Shown: positions 13,775 to 28,510 of the stretch, piece after piece | Numbering within the stretch: the stretch's first letter is position 1 | How the letters are laid out: the number at the start of each line of letters is the position of its first letter | Source: Tubulanus polymorphus | Lineage: Eukaryota; Animalia; Nemertea | Assembly (NCBI RefSeq): GCF_964204645.1 | Contig: NC_134025.1 | Span: 7,688,001-7,752,000 of the forward strand | Length of the DNA stretch: 64,000 bases | Direction: 5' to 3' | The notes under the pieces: generated by a model | Told to the model about the DNA's origin: nothing | Databases searched by the model: none | Seen by the model: only the letters and a program-made list of their open reading frames with translations | Made by a program: the position numbers and the translations under genes

Positions 13775-14544
13775 TATAAACTTCTAGTCTAACATTCTTT
13801 TAGGAATACCCCTTTTAAAAGTTTTAATGGCGTCCGTTAGATATCCCCAATCTAATGACAAGAATAACGATACAATTCCTTAGATACGTGTCTTTGTTTT
13901 TAAAGGTAAACATTTTTTTCTCTCCCATGTATGACATAAATAGAAATTCTCAATAAAAGTGTAAATATAACATTGAATATCTATAAATGTTGCCATTACT
14001 TCAGACACAGAGTGTGGATGCCGGGAGGCATACAATTTATCCGCAATTCTATGATTTATGTATTGATGATACCAAAATACGCTGATATACATGCATTAGA
14101 ATTCTAAAAACACAAGGTTATAGGAAACGCAAAAAACTGGTGCCAAACGTAGCTGTGGGTGACTTTTGATTAGGGAAATGAATATTGTAACCACCTATGA
14201 CTGGTCCTGAAGAAATTAGAGTTGATTTTCATTCCAGGTCATCTGCCATAGACTGAAAGTTATCACACAGGTTTATTATGTCGCTTTTACAGCATATTCA
14301 ACTAATTGTTAATTGACTTCCATTAAATGCATTCATAAGTCGGACAGGTTTTCCAGATGTTGCAGAATCATTATAAACCAATCATTAACTGGCGGATGAA
14401 AGGGAGCTCAAGATATTGGGAGCAATCTGAGAGTCTCGGAGGGGTCACGAAGAGTCCTAGTAGGGTTAGGTAATTAAACGAGGTGGTCATTCGACCATGT
14501 GAAGACGTAATGTAAATTTAATCTGTAACTTGCGTTTGCTGGAT

Positions 14545-15160
14545 ACACAATATATCGACCTTCAAATGTGAAATAATGAGATACGATGATACAATATGTA
14601 TGTTTTCCAAAATCAAATGCTGTCGATCTATCTTATTTCAATCACTATTACCTTCGAAAGACACCACTAAAATCATTTAGACACGACACTGGCATTATTT
14701 TAGTGGATTCCATTTAACCTTCATTGAAAAACTGTATCACTATGACACCGCAGATAGTGTCCCCGATTTAGACCATTTGCGGTTGGAAATGACACATCGC
14801 TTGATTTCACGTAATTGAAATTTCATCTATTACTTATGTTTACTAAAACACAATATATCGACCTTCAAATGTGAAATGATGAGATACAATGATACAATAT
14901 GTATATTAAATGTGGTTGTTTCCGAGGTTCAGGGTAATATACGTGTTCCCAAATCTATCTAATTTTTATCACTATCACCTTCGAACGACATCACTAAAAT
15001 CATTTTGACACGACACTGACATTATTCTAGTGGATTTCATTTACATTATTTTAGTGGATTTCATTTATTCTGCATTGAAAAACTGTATCACTATGACACC
15101 GCAGATCGCGTCCCCGATTTAGACCGTTTGCGGTTGAAAATGACAAATCGCTTGATTTCA
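14545..15160 (+). repeat. Local tandem duplication (14545-14809 and 14848-15160)
   Basis: Both copies run from acacaatatatcgaccttcaaatgtgaaat to atcgcttgatttca with scattered substitutions. The second copy has an insertion and a short internal duplication (cattattytagtggatttcattta x2). Confidence 0.92.
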
Positions 15161-15351
15161 TGAAATACTATAAACAATCGTTAACAATTCAGCGGGAACG
15201 TGAGAAAACACAAACATCATCAGCAATTCTCGGTTCATTGGGTGTTTTTATCAAGTTGTTCAGCAGAGATCAACCAATGTCATTTGTCTATGTTAGCAAT
15301 CACATTTCCAATATGTAAATGAATTCTCAACGCAAAATGAATAGATTCTTT

Positions 15352-15415
15352 GATGACAATGACATTTTGATAAAATGTTCAACGATGACAATGACATTTT
15401 GATAAAATGTTCAAC
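15352..15415 (+). repeat. Perfect 32-bp tandem duplication
   Basis: gatgacaatgacattttgataaaatgttcaac x2. Confidence 0.95.
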
Positions 15416-15540
15416 CGTCACCGGTTATTCAAGATGATAATAGTTCCTTAAAACATAAAAACTATTTCACAAGAACCTGCATCTGTTGCAACTGATGAAG
15501 ATGCATTTAACAACTACATTAACTGGACAACAAAACTTAC

Positions 15541-15648
15541 TTCTATATCCTTATTAGGCAAAGCCATTCTACTAACTTCAGTTTTTTTAATTTTCATTCC
15601 AATAATTTCGATACTAAATCCACATCCATCGTAGAATATGTTCGCTTT
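15541..15648 (-). CDS. Candidate phase 0-0 exon, or start-containing exon, ending ...MKIKKTEVSRMALPNKDIE
   Basis: Acceptor gtatttattcag| (AG at 15650-15649) and donor GAA|gtaagt; 108 bp, fully open, with in-frame ATGs at 15597 and 15567. Confidence 0.35.
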
Positions 15649-18600
15649 CTGAATAAATACGTGCAGTCCTGTTTTCTTATTAGAGAATAACTTTCCCAGT
15701 AAAGTATTGAGAAATCTAATCGGTCAGAGTTAGCGAGTCAGAATGAACGATATCCGAGTACGTTAAAGAATATTTCTTTAAATCGGTGAGAAACAAACTT
15801 AAAATTGCCTATCTAAACAGAAGCCAGCTGCAATTCTAAAATTTATTTGCAAGGGGCAACTAGAGAGCAGGTAACAATTTATATTCGAACTGTGAAGAAT
15901 ATTGCGTGAATCTACTGCAAGCAGCCACTACTACTTAACAACTATTCAGCACGCTGCATCTAACGCTCTCTCGACATTAACTCTTTATATCAGGAATCAA
16001 TTTCGAGTTTTCTCCGCCGCACAAATCAATGATGTGCCACCAGACAAGCGAGGACAAAGTCGAAGAACGATCAATAGTCATCAGTTATTTCGGTCCTAAA
16101 GCTGTAGTTTTCCTATTCTCGAGAATTTTTAATTTGGTTATTCAGCTAAAATCGCTGAAAGGTGGTGGGAGAATTTGAATTTTACTGTTCTAATTCACGT
16201 CAAATGCTTCAAATATCATATTCTAGTGGGTTTTTTACATCATTTGACGACATCATTTTAAAAAATTCAATAAAAAATGATTTCCTTTTGTAATTAACTT
16301 ATTATAGCTATTCAACTAAAACATCTCAGTCAACTTGATTTATCTATCAAACCACTAAAGGTGTTAATGAAACAAAGCAAAGCTATAAGTAGTTGAATCT
16401 CACAATTCGGTGTTTCATTGATTTTCACTGTTTGCTAATTACATTGCGTAATGCGTTCACTTCAGTTTACTCATGTAGGCGATCAAGTACTGCTACCTAG
16501 CAACAAGATGCGCGCAACGAGCTACCACAGCCAGCTAGCAGTTCTTACTTACACCGCGGATGAGAATATTTGTCGAACATTATATCAGATAGATGGAGCA
16601 AGATTCGAATAAGTAAATATTCCCATGAAGTGGTATCGCAGCGCAACATACATTTCAGACGTCTCACATGCGTTTCAAAGCAGTGTTTATCCACACATAT
16701 TTTCGGAGTGATTCCGTTGAGTTAATTCGGATTTGAATTGATTCCTAGATTGCGATTACCGTCATTCAATTAATTAGCAGTTCCTATTATTTAATTCATT
16801 CAGATATGTATGCAAATTCTACGCATGTATACATGAACTTGTAACATGATCTGGCTGCACGGCGCGGATAAGGGAGTAGCCCATATTTCTTCGAGTCGTG
16901 GACTTATCATCAAAGCTATTGTGGCTGAATTTGGTATATCATGAACACTTTATGCTTCATTCTCCATATTGTTTCACTTACAAATAAGTTGACCCCTAGA
17001 TGGTGCTTCTACAAAATAACCGTATTTCATGATAAACTGATTTCAATGGAACTTCGTATACTCCTCAGTACCAGGCATTTAAACCAGCAAGACGGAAAAC
17101 CCGTTTCGCTGCTTTGCAGCTATATTCATTATAGTAATGGCTTTCCTGGTTTCCTGGAAAACAGTTTGATTTCAGATATTTCATACGTTTATTTCAATAT
17201 CGATTGGACGAATAGGGGTGAATGAGTGAATACGATGACTTCGTAAGCAATATCAACATCGGAGCTTCTCATGTAGTGAGAATTGCGCAGGTGATGAATA
17301 TCAGAGTAGAAATAAATATCTAATGAAAGGAAGCGTTTGTAGAAGATAGAAGAGATGGGAAAAGTACTCGGCACACTGAAGTCCTGGCGGTTGTATCTAT
17401 AGTGATGAACCTGTTGTAGCCGCATTTCGTAAATGCGTACGCGATGCCTATCTATATGAACATTAGGAAGCATAGAATTTCAGAAAGACGTGAAAACCAC
17501 CACTTGAGCTGGAAAAAACGGTCGGGGATAAATAAACACGATTGGGAGCGAGAAGCAGCATTTCATGAATATCGGAAGCACCCAGGGACCTTGGCAAAAC
17601 AACATTTCGAACTAAAAGGCGGCGTGTAATATATATGGAGAGATATGATATTGGGAGATATGTTTAGAGTATGATTTCCAGCTTCTGCGAGGCGGGAATA
17701 ACTTTTCCACATATGTTTTTTGAACGCTTTTAACTAAAAATTCAATGAAAGAAAATAGTAGTCTGTTGTCTGATTGTTAGATTATGGATTGGATAGATAT
17801 AATATTAGAGTATTCATATTATTTCATTGTAATTTCTACATAGTACCGTATTCAAATATATCGTAAATGTTACATGTAACATGTAAAATATGATGACAAT
17901 ACATAATAGCAATAAGAGTAATAATTTGGTAATTTAGGCTTACATTATGGGTACATTATAGGGTACATTATAGAGATTCAAGCTGCTTTTGGGAATTTAC
18001 ATAGTTTGATCAGAGCATTTTTTGAGGAATTAGATAAGGTAGCTTACTGTGTATGGGTCTTGTTGAAAGTGTTGTTTATGATTTAAAAAAGGTAAAGGTA
18101 AAGGTTTTTCACATCCAAACCTGTAAAATGTACGTCACAATGGAATCATGCAAATACATGTATGGTCCGAACTTCGAAGTTCAGTTTTCATGATTGCATA
18201 TGTTTTGCATGCATGTTGCATATGTCCGTTTAGGCTCTTACGGCAATCATCCCTCCATTTATGGGTAAATAGATCTCGGAGGCGTGACCTCTGTGATTAA
18301 CTCACCAAAAATATAAGCTGAGGATTAAGATGCCCATGATTTACCCGATATTTCATAAAACCACACTCACCTACAATTCATCGAACATAATTGAACAGTT
18401 TGGTTGTTTTTCAAAGCAGTAAATGCGTATTGAAAATCATTTTTTCTATGCACGATATTGAAGTATCGTGAACAACGCCGATGAAACGAATAAAATTATC
18501 GATCAAAATTCAGAAAAATTAATGAAACTTGTATAAACAGCAATCAATTAATGCTGCATCGCTATGAGACACACGATCTGCTACACGCTTGTTAAACCGC

Positions 18601-21600
18601 GGAAAACTGGCTGCAATGATGCAGCCACCCGTAAATGCTAACATATACAACCAACCATAAATACAATATCAGTCATTAGGCTTCATCATTATTAGCCAAT
18701 ATTCTATAGGTTGAAGATGATCGTATCGTCAGCTGGTCAAAGATATTGACATTTAACATTTCATATTAATTAAACGATTCCACGAGTTCGACAGGCATTG
18801 AACCGTGCGGCGCAATTTCTCATTTCAACATGCTTCAAACGGGATCGTAATTTCAAATGCATTTCCTTCACTTCATTAGTCGTCAGGTAAATACAGTCGA
18901 ATCTGGCATTCGGCATTCCTCGAATGTTAACAACTACGACGCCCAGCAGTCATTCAGTAATCTCTGCGAAATTCAAATATATACGGTCAATTATTCAGGC
19001 CAGACAGTCACTGTATTCTCATTAGCTTTCCACCACGAAAAGGCACAATTATGTATTGAATTCATTGGACAAATAAAGGTGACTGAAAATAGACTGACAT
19101 CACCATCCCCATCGATGATGGTCGAACGTCAAAATGAAGTGATTGATAAAATCACAAAATGAATAGAATTCGATTTCCACGGTTCGGTGGTAAATTGATA
19201 ATTAGGGCGTGTACCTTCGGTAGAGTAGCCTTCGCTGTTAACGATATAGAGACGGATGGATAGACAGGTTACATACACACATACAAACAAATCACTAGCT
19301 GTTTTTGCCATGCAATATTTATGGTAGGCGAATTTTACAACAGTTATATATAGGAAATATTGTGGATTTCTAATTTGTGATATCTTAGTCATCTTGGATG
19401 TTTTGAAAAATCATTGGTCCCTATCAAGTCGATAATATTCAATTAATCCTCTTCAGATATCTTCTGCTACAGTCTAACTGTTAAGAGAGAGAATGTAAAA
19501 AGAGAGATGACTGTGAATATAATTTACGTATTTATGCGTCTTGTACTAATGTGGTATCGTAGTCATCCATTATGGTTTTTTACTCATTCCTGCCAGTTGT
19601 AAATGATCATTCATGAGGCATTTTGTTGTCGGTTGGAGATGGAGATGAATAATTTTCTACGATGAAAAGAACCGTTTACTGATAAAAATACTGGCTATAG
19701 TTCGCTACGTTCAGCGCACGAATCTGCAATTCTCCCTCATTTCCGCAATATGACAAACATGCATTCTAATACAGTCCTGGTGGGAACATCTAATACATCC
19801 CATTTCCACAGGCGTCAAATGGGTTCTTGAAATCAGTTTTCTTGTTTTTGGTGTGTGAAACGATAACGTCGAAACTATGAAGGACTCCCGGTCACCGGCA
19901 AATCGATGCATTTGAGAACTTGAGTCGGAAGAACATCAAATAACAGTGCATCATATCGACTATCAATACAATCAAGGCAGCTAACATTCGCTTGTGAAAC
20001 GCAACATCTATATAGATTGATTGAATTATTTAATCCATTCCAATCAAAGAGCCAAATCCAGTTAGCGATAAGAAAATACTCGATAGATTGGTAATTCACA
20101 TCTCATTTTTGAGAATGTTGATGCTGATTTATAGCTCGAATAGTGGTGAATAAAAAGAAACGCGATAGGAAAGTGGTAACGGACAGTAAAAATATGCTAT
20201 CGCACTTGACATCCGTGAAGTGAACTGTCCTGTGCACATCAGGATGTACGTCGATTCGTATAGCGATGGAGTTTCTCATGAAGTTGTTGGTGCGCGAAAA
20301 GATATGCGTCCAGCTTTCTTAGACATAATATCAATCCATTGGTGGTTTTCCTAGACGTAAACCAGTAGGCGATACAGCCGTTACACGCCGATCCGCAAGA
20401 CGCTTACTTATTAGTACTAGTGCGCCTTACAAAAAAACATTGATGTTGAAAGGTTTATTTTTCAAACACAAGTAACACATAATTTCCCATGGTCTCTTTA
20501 TTTCACAGAGATGGCAGCAAAATCAATGTAATACGAGGACCGTACTTTAAGGCGCATCTTTATTCCCTTGCCAGATAATATATTCCAACAAGATTATACC
20601 TAGCAGAAAGTTTTTGTTGTTGTTCGGATAGCACACGCTTCCCGGGAGATGTGGATAGTTCCAATAGGACTTTACATCAAATCATCCGACAGTTAATGCA
20701 TGAAAGCACTTAACCCAAACCTAAGGCACCAAATACGAAAAAGGTCGATTACTATTCAGGTAGTAGTGAGTATCAGACAAGACGAAACTGTCACTGAACT
20801 GACACAGCAAGACGCACTATCGGCCCCAGGGGAAAAAGCATTGCAGACAAACTTGCAATCCACAAATCAAGTTACTCAGTTCAATGTAGGAAAGCTTCAT
20901 AAAGCCGCTTAAAGAAATTGATGTAACCATGGAATTTCACCGTCAACCGCATTTCACATTCGGTAATTTTCAACGATACTTGATAATGATCTTTAAATCC
21001 GAGGTATATGAAAAGGGAAACGTGCAATGTGCTGGCGATCTCGGACAACGAAGTATATATATCAATTTGAGCTTAGATTAAATAACTGCGAAAGGTATAT
21101 GGTATTTCGATACTCGTGGAGAACACAGGCATGAAGTCGTCAATGATTCTGAAGTAATTGCAAACATTCTTACCATGAGATAGATGGGCAATATACAATC
21201 TAATTACTCGTGCTGCGAATTAATCTACTAGGCGAGGAAATTGGAAGCCGATTATACCCTCATTTCTTGTGCATGAAGACTATCTGACGGGCATTGGGGC
21301 TCTCAATCAATTCTCTGAAATAGCTGCTGATGTCCATACTGAGGTAATTCTTAAGTGTTTGGATCAATTGAAATCATCACGTGTATGCGCAGGTCGTAGA
21401 TATTCTCTGTGATCTGAATGAATATACGAAACGATGATTTGAGAAAGTCCATAAGAAATCCATAAATCAACAAGATTTCGGACATTTGCACAAATCTCAC
21501 ATGTTTACGCATCTTTAAAATCAGCGCGATGCTAAGCCGAGGGCACTTAGTAAATGTGAAATTGTGGCAACCAACTCGTCTCAATCCAAAATGTGTCGGT

Positions 21601-23035
21601 TGATATATGAAAAAGTTCTGAGATATTTTGCTTCGAATGTGTAGCACTTCCATGTAGGAAAGTTTAACAGATCCCGAATAATGGAACAAGGCAGTAGCTG
21701 GAACCATCTGTTACTGGATAAAGCTCCAGGAGTCAATAGTGATTATTTCGTCTGAGAAGATGAAACTAATCCTGCACAGACTGACGGGAGACTTTATGAC
21801 AGTCAATGCGGATAAACTGAAACATTAGGTCAACCACGTTCCGTTCGATAGCACGCGACAGCGGCCTTTTCTCGCCGAACTGTGAACAGGGAGTTTGGGT
21901 TTCCGCTATCGAAAGGTTGGAAAAGCTCATTTTCCCGACGAATAGGTAAAGGACATCGACATTATGGAATCAGGGTATCCTGAATGATCTCAAAGACATT
22001 CGAAGATTTTAATAATGGTGTTGGAATGTACTATGACTATGCGGAATCATTCTTTTCTATCTACACTTCTTTGTCCCATTGGGTACTCAACGTCCTCGGT
22101 TTAATAGTTCGATAAATTCAACGTGAGTTCATCGCACTGGGATTAAACCGAGTTTATCCTTTTTGTCTTGTGTCAGATGTGGAGAATAATGATTAATGGC
22201 CAACGGCTTCATCTATAATTCGAATCCATTATTTGCCCAGTTGTAAATAAAGTCTGAAACTACGTTTTATCTACTACTGCTGCTGATGCATGTTAATAAC
22301 CAACAGATCAATGCGACGTACGTCCTCACGATCTTGCACGCAATGGAAATCACTTCAACAGATTGATAATTCCCAATTGATGGCAGCTGCTATCACCAAT
22401 ACAAGTTGGGATTGAGCCGTATATTTGCAAGGATTACGGAGAAATATAATTACAATTGAATATTATGCGGTAGTTTTGAATACGGAAACTTTAGCGATTC
22501 GAGCACTTATTGAACTGAGACATCGTCTACATCGTAAATTTGTGAAAGACTTCATTTCGCGGCACGTAGTAGATATGTCTGGACATAAAACGTGATGAAA
22601 CGTTCCACTGGACAAGATGATTTTCGAAATTTATTGCCGACCTACAGTCATTTGCAAAATTGTACAAATTATATCAACCACTAAAAACTACAAATTTACG
22701 AGAACGGCAATGATAATGCCTGATATAAATCATCGAGTCCATAGGGTTCATATAGTTCTAACATCATATACTTTTATTAGAGAACTGCCGCATGCCTGTT
22801 GTGCCGGAAATTTTAATAAGTCATTAGTATCGAGGCAAAACATGCACGCGAGTTTGATTTCATGCAGTGAAAATTAGATTTGTATGACGTAGGCAGGCTT
22901 TTTTTCCTACACCAGCTGTTGTGTGCAGAGTGATTTATGGAAATAAAACTGTAAATGAATTTTTACCGGCTAGATGGAATTGATAATAGTATGGTAAAGC
23001 AACAACCACGTCCTTACTATTCAGCGAATGCTCAC

Positions 23036-23250
23036 GTCGACGCGCGCGCGATACAACTTCAAAAGCGATGAAAATACGAATTTCGATCCGCTCGTCAACG
23101 TTAAGCGTGCGCTGATATCAATCGACACCCGACCGCAGGAATTTAGAGGAGACGCGACGACGAGCACACGACGGCGCGCTCGGTAAACGATAAAAACAGC
23201 AAGACGGATGATGATGATGAAAGCGAAGAACAATACAGAACTGTCATCTC
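23036..23250 (-). promoter_or_regulatory. GC/CpG-rich segment, possible non-coding first exon or promoter, ending at donor GAC|gtgagc
   Basis: Local CpG density (cgcgcgcgcg, cggcgcgc) well above the flanks; donor GT at 23035-23034; no in-frame ATG. The 5' boundary is approximate. Confidence 0.3.
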
Positions 23251-25693
23251 GACAAAGGAGCTACTGATTAATCACGATACCAATAATAAATGATAAACGA
23301 TTGGAAATCACACTGCCATTCGCGGTGTGCCGATCTATTAATCATCCCGCTCTGATTACACGTCCGACATATTTCAAGATGATTGAAATCCTCTTTGAAG
23401 CGTTGTAAATTTTGATAATAAGTACGCAAGGCCCAGTTTGGAAGTTTATGACGACACAATCTTGGAGTATGAAATGTCAAGGCTTCGGGATCGTTTACTA
23501 ATGCAACGATACGACATATTTTTATTCGGTAAATGAAAAGATGCAGTTGAAGTTGTCTAAGTGCATAGCGATTCTGCGAGTGATCTTTCATTACACGTGG
23601 AATTCCTCTACTATCAAAATAAATGTCGTATGTATACGGAGTTTCGAAGTTCGAAATAGTTACCTCTACTCCAGAATATGATTAGCCGTGCGACATTGAC
23701 TGGTGGAAAATTTCATTACAAGTTGTTCTATCTTCTTAACATAGTACGACACTCGCCACAAGGGCAATATTTAGATGATAGAATACGCCGGCCAGTGCTA
23801 ATTTCTTGTCCGAAATAGGCAATTTAGGAACATAAACAGCTCCGAGAACCATGTCGTCCATCATCATCGCGTGGCACAAACAGTGCGCTGTTTATACTAC
23901 CATTATGTAAGTCGAATTCCCCGTCGGCTGTACCCAGCCCTAGAGATTTAATACACGAATATTAATATATCTCCAGAGAGAAGATTATACTTACCAAGTT
24001 AAATAGAATCATATACACGAAGACAAACACTAGTAATCCGCATCCTATTAATAGTTCCTTTCCTCTAAAAACCTCCATTTTAAAATCGGCGTATGATTCA
24101 CATTTAGATGAATCAATCAGACTTGAAATTAGGCGCCAATTATTTATTCTAGATTACACAAAGAAGATTATAATTTTCATAACTATACATGGCTCGATAT
24201 ATGGCGAAGATCAATATTGCTTGGCGTGAAGGTATAAAACTACTTCCCGTTTTATTTCCAGTATCCAGACATTACAGGGAGTTATTCTGTAAACAGAATT
24301 TTTATTACTTGTCAATCAATCAAATCGATGTGTAATCAAAGTGCATCATAAAAACGTACGCCAATAGATTTCGGAATCCGACCACGTGAACGGTATTACC
24401 GGTACGTTTTCATGTGAAATCTATGATTGACCTACTTAATTTTTTCGAGGCTACTTTTACTTTGAATTATCCACAGAAACAACTGTAATATTCTAACTAT
24501 CTGAATACTCGAAAATCGTTTAAAAAATCTTCGTGCGTAAAGTCTGTTAAAGATATGATCAATATTCCTTACCAGTAAAGCTGACTTAAGACCTAAACGC
24601 TGTTCCCACGCGACGAACGTCTTCCAGAAACATTCATTGATAAATAATTGAAATAGGGGAGTCCTTAATCCTCAGTTAATTGATATTTCGATGCTTGTAA
24701 ACAAGATCTTCGTATTCACCGCTCTTAAAAGGTTAACAGTTCGTCAAATTTTAGCGCTCGGAATCATAGTGCTTGGTCTTATAGATATATTTATTTCCAT
24801 TAGTTTATAATTAAATGATTCAACTAGGTGAAAACATAACCCCCAAAGGGCAATGTTAGCTGCAAAATTCATTTCCCCAGAGTCATTTATAAACAAAAGC
24901 AATCTCCATATTTTTCCGGGTGAAACCTAATTAACTATAACCTCATAAGTAGAAACATCAAAAAATAACGCCATAATAGGCATCCTGCATTCTCAGCAAT
25001 ATTCATTAATCGTAGGAATTTTTCATTTTCTCTCGAAAATATATATTCTTTGTTCGTCTGCTTAGGTTGAGCCGGTCGACCGACCGTTTCTATTCATACC
25101 GCGAATAGATGGGTGGGGCATTTGCAGACAAATGAATTCCTCAAAATCGTTAGCATCTCGCTTTCTACAAAGGCTAATCATGAGATATTTTCCGTACGAT
25201 ATTCAGGCTATGGGTGGAGAAAGAGGAAGTTTAGGTGGATAAATATGGATATCAAGATAATTATAGATGTACTTATTTACTCATGTAAATATAACAATGA
25301 TTGGTCCACCAAGGCGGAATCGGTTCTTGTGTAGGTGCAGACTATTCTTGATCCCCATAACCCAGTCGTAAATAGGATTTGACTCGGTTGTACATAAAAC
25401 GAAAATGAATTATTTTGAACGGTGGAGTTTTAAAAATCCAACTCATTACGCATCTGTTGTAACGTTAACTTTGACTATCCATTTTAATAGTAAAAGCATT
25501 ACGTTAATTGTTACAATACTCGCAGCACTCTATATAGCCTTCTAAAACACGAAGACTAGATGGACTGCAAGAAGCTTTCGCGTAAAACGGGTTCAGATTG
25601 CTACAGATAAATTGACAAAATTATCCCTTGTGTTCTTCGAGGTGTCACGAGACCACGCCCATTCCTATTTCCGGTCTCACTGATTGAGAAACA

Positions 25694-26033
25694 TTTTTTG
25701 ACGCCGTAAAAACGGTACAATAATGTTTTTATAGGCCTACACCGATAACTACTACGCGTTAATCGATGGGTATTGTGTGAGTCGATGTGCACTACGTCAT
25801 AAATATTGGCGTTTCAAAATTACAATCACAATTGTGAATTTGTTCATGCCTTTTTGATAATGAATTTTGGTCATCAATATGGCTAGCCTGGTTAGACTGG
25901 TTGCCGGTCAATTCAAATTGATTTTATTGATCCTTAATATCATAGTATTCATTGTCGATGATATTAGGCAATATTATATGTGTTAATTTTCTTCAAGGCG
26001 TCAATACACTTTCAAGTTACTTTTCTTGTTAAC
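25694..26033 (-). repeat. Dispersed repeat family, copy B (inverted relative to A)
   Basis: Reverse complement carries the same blocks as 7505-7897. Confidence 0.8.
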
Positions 26034-26860
26034 TGTCTCGTGCGCACTTCTTACATCGATAACGTTGATACGATGAATTCCAACAGTAACGTATATACAA
26101 GTCTTACGACGCGAAAGTATTTTCATATCATATTTTATCTTAAATTCGTGTGGCCTAAAGCGTTTTAAAGGCGGCAGACTCTATGATAAATCGTATGCTC
26201 AAAACATGTATATATATATATATATATATGTAGATATATACCGGGTGGAATTTTATGAATTAATGAATAATAATGGGAGATCATATTTCAACAGTTCATT
26301 GATTATATTACAAAACCGCACGATTCCTTCATTCAGCTAGAAAATCTAGAAAAAAAAACACCACGACGTACATACACTTCACGAGTGCCCACGTATCGTA
26401 GATTTTTCTCTGAAGAGCTCAACTAATCACCTTTTTGTTTCATCACGCACTAACGCCGATATTATGATCGCGTTATGTGAGCGAAAACCTCGGTTTTTGA
26501 CCGTTCAATAGAATGCGTAAATGAATCTTATAAACCTTATCATCGATCGCTAACCGCTATGGCGAAATGTCACATGTACAGATGTTATCAGATCTTATAT
26601 ACAAAAAACGTTTTGCCAGAGCAATATCATATCAATAATTTAATGCAGTCTACATATTCAAGTGACATATATTCCCGGGCATATATTGCTGTATATTTGC
26701 TTTTCTATACGTATGTTGAAAATGTGCTGACAATTCTAGTTGTATTATTATTGTTTATTCTAGTTGTCGGTACCTATATCAAATAATTTCTCCTGTTGAA
26801 TCAGCTGTGCTGTGATCATGAGCATATCATTTGAAATTTCAATTCAAAAATAGACCAGAT

Positions 26861-27027
26861 GGAGAGGGAGAGGGAGAGGGAGAGGGAGAGGGAGAGGGAG
26901 AGGGAGAGGGAGAGGGAGAGGGAGAGGGAGAGGGAGAGGGAGAGGGAGAGGGAGAGGGAGAGGGAGAGGGAGAGGGAGAGGGAGAGGGAGAGGGAGAGGG
27001 AGAGGGAGAGGGAGAGGGAGAGGGAGA
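26861..27027. repeat. (GGAGAG)n hexamer microsatellite
   Basis: ~28 perfect units; source of the EG/ER/SL/SP/PL pseudo-ORFs in the ORF track. Confidence 0.99.
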
Positions 27028-28225
27028 AACCATACAAACCACGAAACGTTATTCCTGGATTTTACTCTAACTGCTTCGGACAGGTCCAAGCTGTCGAGCA
27101 TGAAATTATGAAATCCTCTGAGGACCAAAAGCTAAGCACCATTCAGCCATTACAGTAATTGTGTTTAGCAGAACCTAACTGGAACCTTAATACAATATAA
27201 AATATATTTATTCCCTTAGCAGCCGCAAGGGAAACAGGGGACCAATAGTTCCGAGCCGACAATGTCGGGTCAGATTAAAGTTAGGATAAAACACCAGCCG
27301 TCCAGGAAAATTAGCTTTACGGCGATTTTATTTGACGTTTTGATCAAGTGTCAAGCAAAAATAACGATAATCAAACGTTCTATAATAATATCGTTTCAGT
27401 AGAGTGCAATATATTGACATGCTACAATAACACTGAAATGTATATCGCATTTCCGACAGCAGAACTTTCTTTTCAAAGCTAAGTTGCTTTCTTGACGTTA
27501 GAGCAAACAAAATTACTTACGAATAATACACTCTCTTAAGGTAGCAAAGAATCGAAGAGAATGTGTTTTGCATGGGTTCATTATTATCGTTAGTTTTTTT
27601 CATTAGCTGTTAATCTGCACCATACTATTAAGCTAAGGAACTGGTGGTTATTTTTACTTAGACACATTTACTGCGTCTCGTCTAAGCATGGCGTACCATA
27701 GGATCACAGAAATTGCTGATATGTTTTGATTTCCAGTTTCTTATTCCAACCAGCATGTACCCAGGAGATCAGGTTAATTGAGCTACCGAGAAAGGCCACG
27801 AAATGCCAGAAAATGACACTGTAGACAAATAGTTGCGAGCTGAAAAGCAAGCAAAGAATTGCAAAATAATCGTCTTCAGTAAAATATGTAAGAGGAATGA
27901 AAGCAATGTCAAACGGAGCTCTTTTTCAGGTCGGTGATAAAATTATCACATCGATACAAAATGATCTATCAAATATCAATCGAATGCCTCGGGTTTCATT
28001 ACAAACAGAAAGCTCAGTTTCCGTTGCTTTCGGCAAAAATCGGTATTTCGGTATTTCTATCGTTAATATTGATTTACGCAATTTTCGCTCAAAATAGCCA
28101 CGTTGACGCTTTTTTCGTTATACTTAATCGAGAAAATGATACACGTGATAGGTCTCGTCTCGTTGCAAACCTTTTTCGGATATTAATAAAGCAATTTACA
28201 TATCAGATGAATGGTTCGAAACCGA

Positions 28226-28510
28226 CTATAGAAATGTCATGTGAAGTCTCAAGCCAAACGCTTTGATGATCTCATTTCTGTGCCCGGCCCAGCCAACTAA
28301 CATGTGGCAAAAGTCTTTAGGGTCTTCAGAGAGTTTATTGGTTATAATATAGAAATCGAAGCCATGTTTGGCACTGGACTCTAGAATTTCACTTGGATAT
28401 ACATGTAGTGAATCATTATCATATCTGACATTCATAGAATTTGGATTATAATTTGATAGACCATCTGTCAGAAATATCACGCTCAAGCGCGTATAAAAAT
28501 AGTCGATAAA
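28226..28510 (-). pseudogene. Possible vWA-domain gene fragment
   Basis: Open frame ...TRLSVIFLTDGLSNYNP...EILESSAKHGFDFYIIT resembles the vWA hhhhTDGxSN motif and the following helix/strand. No ATG start or convincing splice sites. Confidence 0.25.

Noticed and set aside
21351-21707. 118-aa ORF (and other 60-126 aa ORFs in the track)
   Set aside because: No recognisable domain or splice context; lengths are compatible with random expectation in 64 kb.
26816-27158. EG/ER/SL/SP/PL repeat ORFs
   Set aside because: Translations of the (GGAGAG)n microsatellite.
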